17,316 bases of DNA. Origin: Pseudomonadota bacterium. GTDB lineage: Bacteria > Bdellovibrionota > FAC87 > UBA2466. The stretch lies in contig JAYUGC010000022.1 of assembly GCA_043767805.1 (NCBI GenBank), positions 1-17,316 of the forward strand, given 5' to 3'. The translations under genes and the position numbers were made by a program. The notes beneath the pieces are model-generated. The model made no database searches and was not told the DNA's origin. It saw only the letters and a list, made by a program, of their open reading frames with translations. Of this stretch, positions 1 to 7,690 are shown piece by piece; position 1 is the first letter of the stretch, and the number at the start of each line of letters is the position of its first letter.

Positions 1-228
1 TTCGCTGAGGCTTTGCTGGGTCAGCAAAGATACAAAGAGGCGGTGAATCCCCTGGAGCGCTGTCTGACGTGGAATCTCGAGCAGCCTCTTCGGCTGCAGG
101 CGCACCTGAGGCTCGCGGAGGCGTATGCCGGACTGCAGCAAAGAGAGCCGGCCTCATTTCATTTCCGCGAAGTCCTAAAATTGGATCCCAACTCCGCTCC
201 CGCCCAAGCCTACTTCCACCATCCCTGA
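1..228 (+). CDS. TPR-repeat protein, C-terminal part (5' end outside window)
   Basis: Frame 1 is open from base 1 to TGA at 226-228. The translation ends in a TPR-like helix pair (AHLRLAEAYAGLQQREPASFHFREVLKLDPNS). Confidence 0.75.
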   Translation, partial: FAEALLGQQRYKEAVNPLERCLTWNLEQPLRLQAHLRLAEAYAGLQQREPASFHFREVLKLDPNSAPAQAYFHHP

Positions 229-294
229 GGATGACACCGCCGTCCTCGGTGGTTAAGATGGCGCCGAATAAGGGACCTTTCCAATGGATATCCG

Positions 295-633
295 CTCGAG
301 TTCCATCCTTTTTTATTTCAACAGGGCCTACTGTCTTTTTGCCAGGAGCGCCGGATTCAGATCGAAGCGTACAGCCCGCTCACCCACGGCCTTCGGCTGG
401 GTCATCCGGTCGTCGCCGACGTTGCCAAGCGTCTCGGGAAATCGCCTGCTCAGGTTCTCATCCGCTGGGCTTTGGAGCACGAGCTCGTCGTCATCCCCAA
501 GTCGAGCCGCAAAGAGCGCATCGCGGAAAATGCCGCCGTGTTTGATTTTTCCTTGGGGACCGAGCTCAAGAAAAAGCTTGATGGCTTGAACGAGGATTTG
601 AGAACTTGTTGGGATCCCACGAGGACGCCTTGA
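295..633 (+). pseudogene. Aldo/keto reductase, C-terminal fragment lacking the N-terminal half and an in-frame start codon
   Basis: Manual translation of frame 1 gives LEFHPFLFQQGLLSFCQERRIQIEAYSPLTHGLRLGHPVVADVAKRLGKSPAQVLIRWALEHELVVIPKSSRKERIAENAAVFDFSL...TP*. It contains the AKR motifs EFHPF, EAYSPL, SPAQVLIRW, IPKS and ERIAEN-x3-FDF. There is an in-frame stop at 232-234 and no in-frame ATG/GTG/TTG before the homologous part. Confidence 0.85.
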
Positions 634-646
634 GAGGGAGTGTCAG

Positions 647-1606
647 ATGAAGCGGTGGTGGCTTTCAGTTTTTCTTTGGGCAAGCCTCACGGCTTCGGGG
701 GAGCCCGTGTCCCAGCCCCATATCCAGCTCGAGCTCATCACTCCCGAAGCCACCCTTCAGCCTGGGCGCCCGACCCAAATCGGCGTTCGCTTCGAGCTGG
801 AATCCGGCTGGCATCTGTATTGGAAAAATCCGGGCGATTCGGGAAAGCCCCCGACGATTCGCTGGGAATTGCCTCCCGGTTTTGCGGCGGGCACCTGGGA
901 GTGGCCAGTGCCGACCCGGCTGCCTTTCGGCCGGCTCGTCAATTACGGCTACGATCGTAGACTCATTCTCGTGACAACGCTCGCGGTGCCGGCGGTGGAC
1001 CCTAAAGGAGAGGCGCTTCTCGGGGCTCACGTCGAATGGCTCGTTTGCGCCGAGGAATGCATTCCCGGAAAGCTCGACCTCCGTTTGAAGCTTCCCATTA
1101 AGGACGTCGCGCCCGAGCCTTCCGCTCTAGCGCCCCTGTTTCGCGCGGCGAGCGAGGCGCTTCCCAAAACGCCGCCCTCCGCCTGGAAAATGGATGGCTG
1201 GATCGACTCCGAAGAGATCGAGATTCAGCTGAGCGGTTTTGCCATTCTCGGCGAGACTTCGTTCTTTCCCGACGAGCCGCGCCTCATTCAGAACGCCGCG
1301 CCTCAGAAGCTGGGGAGAAGAGGCGAGACCCTTTTGCTGACCTTGAAGCGCTCCGAGCAGTCTCCCGCGGAAATCAAGCGCCTGGCCGGAGTTCTGGTGA
1401 CGGGAGCCAAAGGGTATAGCATCGACATCGCGCTCGCGCCCAAGCCCACCCGGCTTCCGCCGTGGGTCGGCTGGCTCCTGGGAACCCTCGTCGCCTTCGG
1501 GGCCGCGATTTGGTTTTTTTGGAAACGCCCCCATCGGGGTCCCACCGAGAGTAAGGCCAAGCGTCGCGCTGGTTTCCTGGGACCCACTCCGAAACGAATT
1601 TCTTAA
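647..1606 (+). CDS. Protein-disulfide reductase DsbD/ScsB N-terminal (alpha) domain protein with signal peptide and one C-terminal TM helix
   Basis: GGAG SD upstream and an N-terminal signal peptide. Motifs GWHLYWKNPGDSG, WEWPVP, NYGY and WLVCAEECIPG (C-x3-C). A single hydrophobic segment (WVGWLLGTLVAFGAAIWFFW) is followed by a basic tail. Confidence 0.85.
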   Translation: MKRWWLSVFLWASLTASGEPVSQPHIQLELITPEATLQPGRPTQIGVRFELESGWHLYWKNPGDSGKPPTIRWELPPGFAAGTWEWPVPTRLPFGRLVNYGYDRRLILVTTLAVPAVDPKGEALLGAHVEWLVCAEECIPGKLDLRLKLPIKDVAPEPSALAPLFRAASEALPKTPPSAWKMDGWIDSEEIEIQLSGFAILGETSFFPDEPRLIQNAAPQKLGRRGETLLLTLKRSEQSPAEIKRLAGVLVTGAKGYSIDIALAPKPTRLPPWVGWLLGTLVAFGAAIWFFWKRPHRGPTESKAKRRAGFLGPTPKRIS

Positions 1607-1622
1607 AACAAGGAGAACTAGG

Positions 1623-2222
1623 ATGAAACGCTTAAGCTGGTTACCGCTCTTCGCCCTAACGCTCGCGCCTCTGAGCGCATTCGCCGTCAAAACGGGCGAC
1701 GCCGCCCCGGACTTTAAAGTGATGGACATCGCCGGCAAGGAAGAAACCCTCTCGGCGCAAAAGGGTAAGTACGTGGTGCTCGAATGGCAGAATCAAGGCT
1801 GCCCGTTCGTAAAAAAGCATTACGAGACGAAGAACATGCAAGCCGTGCAGAAACAAGTCGCCGGCAAGGATCTCGTTTGGTTCACGGTGCTCGGCTCGGC
1901 CAAGGGCAAGCAGGGTTACCTAGCGCCGGCGGACGCGGCCGCGTACTTCAAGAAGATGGAAGCGGTCCCCACCGCGGTTCTCGTGGACTCCGAAGGCAAG
2001 ATGGGCAAGGCCTACGGCGCTCGCACCACGCCCCATGTTTTTCTAATCGATCCCGCGGGCAAGGTCGCTTACCAGGGCGCCATCGACGACAACGATTCCA
2101 CCGATCCCGCGGCGGTCAAGACCGCGAAGAACTATCTGGTGGCCGCTTTGAGTGAAGCCCGCGCCGGCAAGCCGATTACTACGAATACGACCGAGCCTTA
2201 CGGCTGCGGCGTGAAATATTAA
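1623..2222 (+). CDS. Exported thioredoxin-fold redoxin (AhpC/TSA, peroxiredoxin-like)
   Basis: AAGGAG SD and a signal peptide ending ...SAFA. Motifs GDAAPDF, VVLEWQNQGCPFV, YGARTTPHVFLID, YQGAIDD and C-terminal PYGCGVKY. Confidence 0.9.
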   Translation: MKRLSWLPLFALTLAPLSAFAVKTGDAAPDFKVMDIAGKEETLSAQKGKYVVLEWQNQGCPFVKKHYETKNMQAVQKQVAGKDLVWFTVLGSAKGKQGYLAPADAAAYFKKMEAVPTAVLVDSEGKMGKAYGARTTPHVFLIDPAGKVAYQGAIDDNDSTDPAAVKTAKNYLVAALSEARAGKPITTNTTEPYGCGVKY

Positions 2223-2248
2223 TAACGTCCCTTTTTTGGAGAGTGCAC

Positions 2249-2758
2249 ATGTATCAATTCACGGTTCCGTCTTTCATCCGCGGTTTGGAAGGCCTACTCG
2301 GCCAGCTCGATAAAGCCGCTCAGTACGCCGACCACAAAAAGTTCGATACGAGCGCGTACCTGACCGATCGCATCGCGCCGGACATGTATCCGTTCACGAA
2401 GCAAATCCAGCTCGTGTCGGATTTCGCCAAGGGCACGGCGGCTCGCCTCGCGGGTCAGGCCTCTCCGAAATTCGAGGACACGGAAACGACTCTCGGTCAG
2501 CTTCAGGAACGTGTGGCGAAGACCATCACCTACCTGAAGACCTTGAAGCCGTCGGACTACGAAGGCTGGGAAACCCGGAAGGTAGAAATTTCCTGGATGA
2601 AGGGCAAGTACCTTCCCGGGCTCGAGTACGCGACCCAAATCGGGCTTCCCAACTTCTACTTCCATCTCACCACCGCCTACAATCTGCTCCGCTCGAACGG
2701 AGTGGACGTGGGCAAGAGTGATTTCATGGGCAAGACCGACGAGCCTCGGGCTCTGTGA
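2249..2758 (+). CDS. DUF1993 domain protein (DinB/YfiT-like fold)
   Basis: Motifs RIAPDMYPFTKQIQ and LPNFYFHLTTAYNLLRSNGVDVGKSDFMG. ATG 2249 is preferred over GTG 2243 because the GGAG SD (2238-2241) lies 7 nt upstream of it. Confidence 0.9.
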   Translation: MYQFTVPSFIRGLEGLLGQLDKAAQYADHKKFDTSAYLTDRIAPDMYPFTKQIQLVSDFAKGTAARLAGQASPKFEDTETTLGQLQERVAKTITYLKTLKPSDYEGWETRKVEISWMKGKYLPGLEYATQIGLPNFYFHLTTAYNLLRSNGVDVGKSDFMGKTDEPRAL

Positions 2759-4170
2759 AAGGAAGAATCTCGGCGAGCGAGCTGGTGGCCTATACCCGCT
2801 GTTCCCATAGCGCCGCGCTCGCGGCAGAAGGGGTGGAGGCGGCGGGCTCCAGCGAAGACGTCGTGCTGCTTCAGAAAAAGGGCGGCGAGCACGAGAAGAC
2901 CATTCTCTCGTCGCTCGAAGGCTGTTTTACCGTTGAGCGCAGAAACGCCGAGGCAACTCTGGCGGCTATGCGCGCGGGCCATCCGTGGATTTACCACGGG
3001 TGGCTTGCCGACGGGGATCTAGTGGGAGAGCCGGATTTTCTCCGCCGGGTCGAACGGCCTTCGCGGCTCGGCGCCTATTCTTACGAGCCTTACGACGCAA
3101 AACTCGGGCGGGCTTTGAAGCCCGAGTACGTGCTGCAGCTCTGTCATTACGGTGGGCTGCTGGAGCGCGCGCAAGGAGCTCTTCCGGAGTCGGCGGGGGT
3201 GTACTGCGGCGGTAAGGGCGAGTTCACGGTAAAGCTCGGCGATTACCTCGCCTACTATCGCAATCTGCTTCAGTCTTACCGCGACTTTCTGAGTGCCGCG
3301 CCCGAAACGGAAGCCTATCCCGTCGAGTACTGCGGCTTTTGCGGTTACCGCGGACGGTGCGAGGGGGAGTGGTTAGAGAACGATCATCTCTCTCAGGTCC
3401 TCGATATCCGGCGCACGCAGGTCTCCGCGCTTTCCAAGATGGGCATCCGCACCCGCGCTCAGCTCGCCGTGGCCGACCAGCAAAATTTCAAGCGAGAAAA
3501 AGGGCTAACTCTCGAGGGTTATCAGCGGCTCGTCGCTCAAGCCAAGGCCCAAGTCGATGAGACTTTGGGCTACCGCGACCGCAACGCTTTGAAGGCGATC
3601 CCCGAACCCGGCACGGGGGATCTTTTTTTCGATATGGAGTCCGATCCGCACGTGGGCGAAACTGGCCTCGAGTATCTCTTCGGTTTTTGGGTGCGGGAAG
3701 GCAAGACCACGCGGTTCGAGAAATTCTGGGCTCACTCTCCCGAGGCGGAGAAGGTCGCGGTCGAGCAGACGGTGGATTTCATGCGCGCGTTCCGGGTGAA
3801 GCATCCGGGGATGCATATCTATCATTACAATAACTACGAGCCCAACCACATGGTGGATCTTACGAGCCGCCATGGAACCCGCGAGGAAGAGCTCGATGAT
3901 TTGCTGCGAAACCAAGTTTTCGTCGATTTGTACCCCATCGTTCGCCGCGGCTTCGTCCTGCCGACGAGCTCTCGCTCGCTGAAAGCGCTGGAGCCCCTCA
4001 TGGGCTTTGAGCGTAGCGGGGACTTAAAGGCCGCAGCGGGCTCCATCGTGTTTTACGAGCGCTGGCTCGAGACCGGCGAGCAGAAATGGCTCGACGATAT
4101 CGAGGTCTATAACCGCGAGGACGTCGAGGCGACGGCTTGCCTCTATGACTGGCTGAGAGGTCTCAAATGA
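2755..4170 (+). CDS. TM0106-family RecB/Cas4-like nuclease with C-terminal RNase H-fold (YprB/RNase_H_2-like) DEDD exonuclease domain
   Basis: PD-(D/E)xK core GEPDFL...EPYDAKL and a QLCHY motif. N-terminal Cys (YTRC) plus C-x2-C-x5-C (CGFCGYRGRC). C-terminal LFFDMESDP, HIYHYNNYE, FVDLY, SLKALE and YNREDVEAT. The GTG start overlaps the DUF1993 stop (GTGA). Confidence 0.9.
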   Translation: MKGRISASELVAYTRCSHSAALAAEGVEAAGSSEDVVLLQKKGGEHEKTILSSLEGCFTVERRNAEATLAAMRAGHPWIYHGWLADGDLVGEPDFLRRVERPSRLGAYSYEPYDAKLGRALKPEYVLQLCHYGGLLERAQGALPESAGVYCGGKGEFTVKLGDYLAYYRNLLQSYRDFLSAAPETEAYPVEYCGFCGYRGRCEGEWLENDHLSQVLDIRRTQVSALSKMGIRTRAQLAVADQQNFKREKGLTLEGYQRLVAQAKAQVDETLGYRDRNALKAIPEPGTGDLFFDMESDPHVGETGLEYLFGFWVREGKTTRFEKFWAHSPEAEKVAVEQTVDFMRAFRVKHPGMHIYHYNNYEPNHMVDLTSRHGTREEELDDLLRNQVFVDLYPIVRRGFVLPTSSRSLKALEPLMGFERSGDLKAAAGSIVFYERWLETGEQKWLDDIEVYNREDVEATACLYDWLRGLK

Positions 4171-5810
4171 GCGAGATCCAGCAGCTTCTCGCCGATTTGG
4201 TCGAGCACTCGCGCCGGGAAATGCGGGTCGACTACCGGGAGTATTTGGAACTGAGGCACGGCCTTGAAGAAGATCGCTGCCTGAGTCCCGCGTGTCTATC
4301 GCGTGCCGACTACATTACGCCGCGAGACGGTCTCATTTTGTATCGCTTCCATGACGACGAGACTCGCCTTCGCGAAGAGGACCAGGTGGTCATCATCGAC
4401 CTGGCGACCGAAACCGAAGTTAAGAAGGCGGACATCGCCCATCTCGATTTGAAAAAGCGGGAGATTGGGTTCAAACGCTTAGCCGCCCCGCCGGCCGCCA
4501 TCGCGGTGCTATCCAATACCGGACGCGACAATCCTTACCTGAAATCCGCTCTCGAAGCGGTCGGAAAGGATTTGAAGGGACACGCGCTGGCCCAAAGTAT
4601 TTTGGAGCGGCGTCCTTCTGCGACGGACGCTTCGCTTGCCGCGCTGGAGAGACTCGCCACGATGAAGGCAGGTTTTCTCGTCGTGCAGGGTCCCCCTGGA
4701 ACCGGGAAGACGTACACGGGGGCGCACGCGATAGTCGAACGGCTCGCGCGGGGAGAGCGCATCGGGATCATGGCTCAGAGTCACAAGGCCATGAACGAGC
4801 TAGTGGAGCGAGTCGCGAAGCTTGCCGAGGAAAAGGGCGTCGCCTTGAACGGTCTCAAAGCCGCGAGCCGGGAGCGCGATAAAGTGCAGGCCCCGGGCGT
4901 GACCAACGTGCAAGGCACGGTTCTGGTGAAATCCGTCTTATCGGCGAATCTCGTCGCGGGAACCATTTACCAAATGGCCCGGCTTCCCAAGGAAGTCCTG
5001 GATGTGCTCTTTTTCGACGAGGCGGGGCAACTGAGTCTCGCCTACGCCATTGGCGCGAGCCGCGCCGCGAAGACCGCGGTGTTCCTGGGTGATCACCGCC
5101 AGCTACCTCACGTTTCGAAAGCCAAGCATCCGGGAGAAGCGGGAGCCTCTCTCATGGGCTACCTTTTGGGCGAGTTCGCGGTAGTGCCTGCGGAACTTGG
5201 TATTTTCCTGGATGAGAGTTTTCGCATGAACCGCGAGATCACGGCTATCGTCTCAGAGCTCTCTTACGGCGGCCGATTGAAGAGCCACGAAAGCGCGGCT
5301 GACCGCTCCCTATCGATGAGCCAAGATCTCGCCGATCCTCTGGGCCCGGCGTCCGTCGTTTTTCTCGGCGTCGAGCACCATGGGAACGAGCAGTCGTCGA
5401 AAGAGGAAGCCGCAGCGGTAGCCGATCTCGTGCATCGCTTGCGCGAGTCCGCTCCCGAGATGACTTGTCTGGTGGTCGCGGCCTACCGCGCGCAAGAAAA
5501 CTTGATTCGCTCGCTCGTCGGGCCGGGCGTCGAAGTCGGTACCGTCGACAAATTTCAAGGAAAAGAGGCGGACGTCGTGTTCTATAGCCTCGCGGCTTCC
5601 GATCCGTCGGCCATTCCGCGAGACGCGGGGTTCTTGCTTTCCACTCACAGGCTAAACGTCGCGCTTTCCCGCGCCCGGCGAAAAGCCATTCTGGTTTGCT
5701 CTCCGAAACTTCTCGAGCTTCCGCCGACGTCTTTGGAGAACATGCGGCTCGCCAATGCGTTTTGCAAAGTGCGGGCGTACCACGCGGGCTTAGTTAAATC
5801 GGAAGCTTGA
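4167..5810 (+). CDS. Superfamily 1 (UPF1/Dna2/NAM7-like) helicase
   Basis: Walker A QGPPGTGKT, Ia QSHKA, II DEAGQ, III GDHRQLP, IV SFRM, V GTVDKFQGKE and VI RLNVALSRAR. ATGA overlap with the nuclease gene and a GAGGT SD-like motif upstream. Confidence 0.92.
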   Translation: MSEIQQLLADLVEHSRREMRVDYREYLELRHGLEEDRCLSPACLSRADYITPRDGLILYRFHDDETRLREEDQVVIIDLATETEVKKADIAHLDLKKREIGFKRLAAPPAAIAVLSNTGRDNPYLKSALEAVGKDLKGHALAQSILERRPSATDASLAALERLATMKAGFLVVQGPPGTGKTYTGAHAIVERLARGERIGIMAQSHKAMNELVERVAKLAEEKGVALNGLKAASRERDKVQAPGVTNVQGTVLVKSVLSANLVAGTIYQMARLPKEVLDVLFFDEAGQLSLAYAIGASRAAKTAVFLGDHRQLPHVSKAKHPGEAGASLMGYLLGEFAVVPAELGIFLDESFRMNREITAIVSELSYGGRLKSHESAADRSLSMSQDLADPLGPASVVFLGVEHHGNEQSSKEEAAAVADLVHRLRESAPEMTCLVVAAYRAQENLIRSLVGPGVEVGTVDKFQGKEADVVFYSLAASDPSAIPRDAGFLLSTHRLNVALSRARRKAILVCSPKLLELPPTSLENMRLANAFCKVRAYHAGLVKSEA

Positions 5811-6522
5811 GATGCGTGTGGTACTGAGCGAACTGGGTCATGAGGCGCACGAGCCGCATGGTGTTCGGCCTGGGAAACTCAGTGTCGGTCCACCGGGTGA
5901 GCCGTAAGGCATCGCCTTCGTCGATGAAGCGGCGGTCTTCCTCGGCGAGAACCAGATAGTCCTGAATGAAGTGGTTCGGCGAGCAGTTGGGACAAACGAC
6001 GCCCCCCGCTTCGATGTCTAAGTAACCGCGAGAGGCCGGGGCCTCGCACTTCACGCAATCGTCCACGCTGGGCTTCAGCCCCAAGTGGAGTAGCAGCTTC
6101 AGCTTAAAAACCAGGTTCAATAAATCGAGGCGCTCGAGGTTCTGTTCCTTCTCGATGAGAGACAGCGTCTGTCCGAGAAGGCTGTACACCTCGGGCATAG
6201 GGTTCGTGGTGTCGGCGAGCCGTTTCACCCATTGGGTGACTTTTCCCGCCATCAAAAGCTTGTCGAGATTGTCTCTGAGAATAGGAAAGGAGTTCAAAAC
6301 GGTGAGCTCGTTCAGATAAGGGGTTCCCTTGGGCTCGCCGCGGAGCGAAATCTCGTCATGGCAAAAGAGATCGAGCCCGCCCGCGTACCGGCGCCGGCTC
6401 TTTCGGGCGGATTTCGCGAGCACCGTGATCATGCCCCACTTCTGAGTGAGAAATTGCACGTAGCGGTCGGCTTCCCCGAAATCGGAATGCGAGATGACGA
6501 TGGCTTTGGAGGTGGCGCCCAT
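5794..6522 (-). CDS. recO: DNA repair protein RecO
   Basis: N-terminal OB-fold signature (DFGEADRYVQFLT...GMITVLAKSARKSRRRY), LLLHLGLKP, and a Zn-finger CVKC...GGVVCPNC. 242 aa is typical for RecO. Confidence 0.93.
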   Translation of the reverse strand: MGATSKAIVISHSDFGEADRYVQFLTQKWGMITVLAKSARKSRRRYAGGLDLFCHDEISLRGEPKGTPYLNELTVLNSFPILRDNLDKLLMAGKVTQWVKRLADTTNPMPEVYSLLGQTLSLIEKEQNLERLDLLNLVFKLKLLLHLGLKPSVDDCVKCEAPASRGYLDIEAGGVVCPNCSPNHFIQDYLVLAEEDRRFIDEGDALRLTRWTDTEFPRPNTMRLVRLMTQFAQYHTHLKLPI

Positions 6523-6545
6523 GCTCGGTCTTAACTAAATGCCGG

Positions 6546-7541
6546 TTATTTGGTGGCGGCGGACAGGTTCAAGCCACCCGGCTTCCGCTTGAAGCGGACG
6601 TAGAAGATAGCTCCGAAGCAATTGAAAAGGATAGTGTAGATCTGCACCGCCGTGCACAGCGTGCTGCCCTGGCCGGGGTCCTTGAGGCCAATCCACTGAA
6701 AGAGAGTAAAAAAGGCTACTTGGCCTACTCCAATGCCGCCCGGCAGAAGGGGAACAGCGGAGACCGTCAGGGCTACCGGGATGACGAAAAAATATTGGGA
6801 GAAAGTCAGCGGGATTCCGATGAGCTCGCCCTGAATGCGAAAGAGGATGACGGAGCCGGTGATAGACAGGCAGGAAAGCGCCACTGCCACGGCCAGAGAA
6901 GGCACCTGACGGCGATAGAGCAGAGCGGCATCGAGTAAATTGGAAACCTTCGGCTTTTGCCGAAGCTTCTCGAGTACTAGGCGGGCGACCTTCAACCGAG
7001 GCAGCAGGGGGGAAATGAAGATGAGCCCCACCACTATCATGCTGAGTGTCACGGCCCAGATTGAGATGGCGACCGCCTGCAGCTGGGCTCTCGATTTCAG
7101 CCATTCGAAATGCATGGCGAGGGTGGTCGCGGCGAATAGGAAGAACACGCCAAGCCCGATGGCCCTGTCCAAGAGGACGGTAAAGATCGCTTTCGTTTTG
7201 CGCGTCGGCTCTCGTCCCGCCACGTACCAGGCTTTGATCAAGTCGCCGCCCACCGCGCCAGGCATGAAAGTATTGAAAAAGTTTCCAATCATCGTGAGCT
7301 CGAGCAGGTTCTTCACCGAAAGGTCGAGCCCTTGCGCCCTCACCAGGAAGTACCAGCGTAGCGACGATAAAAACGTGGAGACGGCCAGAAAGAGAATGCC
7401 GACCAGAATATTGGAAGGGTGCGACAAGAGCAGGTGCAAGACCTTGAAATCGATCATGCCGCTCCGAAATACGTAGGCCAGTAGTAGAATGCCTAGCCCG
7501 ATCTTTACGAAGTTGGTGGCTCTGGCGCGCCAAGCAGACAT
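6546..7541 (-). CDS. UPF0104 / lysylphosphatidylglycerol-synthase TM region (flippase-like) membrane protein
   Basis: Multiple TM helices. Family motifs LRWYFL, GNFFNTFMPGAVGGDLIK, VLLDRAIGL and PLLPGGIGVGQ. Confidence 0.88.
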   Translation of the reverse strand: MSAWRARATNFVKIGLGILLLAYVFRSGMIDFKVLHLLLSHPSNILVGILFLAVSTFLSSLRWYFLVRAQGLDLSVKNLLELTMIGNFFNTFMPGAVGGDLIKAWYVAGREPTRKTKAIFTVLLDRAIGLGVFFLFAATTLAMHFEWLKSRAQLQAVAISIWAVTLSMIVVGLIFISPLLPRLKVARLVLEKLRQKPKVSNLLDAALLYRRQVPSLAVAVALSCLSITGSVILFRIQGELIGIPLTFSQYFFVIPVALTVSAVPLLPGGIGVGQVAFFTLFQWIGLKDPGQGSTLCTAVQIYTILFNCFGAIFYVRFKRKPGGLNLSAATK

Positions 7542-7621
7542 CTAGAGTTCCTTAGGTGGCGGCGTCCCATTTTTCTGTCGGTAAGCGACATGAAAACCGA
7601 GGCCGAAGCTAACTCGTTCAA

Positions 7622-7650
7622 TTGACTTAAATTATGGCTCACTTTAAAGT
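7622..7650 (+). promoter_or_regulatory. Putative sigma70 promoter of the ugd operon
   Basis: TTGACT (7622-7627), a 17 nt spacer and TAAAGT (7645-7650), in the AT-rich divergent intergenic region 40 nt before the ugd ATG. Confidence 0.6.
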
Positions 7651-7690
7651 CCAATGTAACAACACTCAAACAAAAAAGCGGTGAGGCTTC

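Noticed and set aside
69..589. ORF-track calls 69..545 and 284..589
   Set aside because: Neither looks like a real protein. The coding signal here is the frame-1 aldo/keto reductase fragment.
2755..4170. Possible cas4 / CRISPR-Cas locus
   Set aside because: The Cas4-like cysteine pattern is present, but there is no repeat-spacer array or cas1/cas2, and the architecture is that of the TM0106 family.
6535..7533. 332 aa alternative-frame ORF on the same strand as the UPF0104 gene
   Set aside because: It is Arg/Pro/His-rich with no motifs and fully overlaps a gene with clear family motifs. This is a typical shadow ORF in GC-rich DNA.
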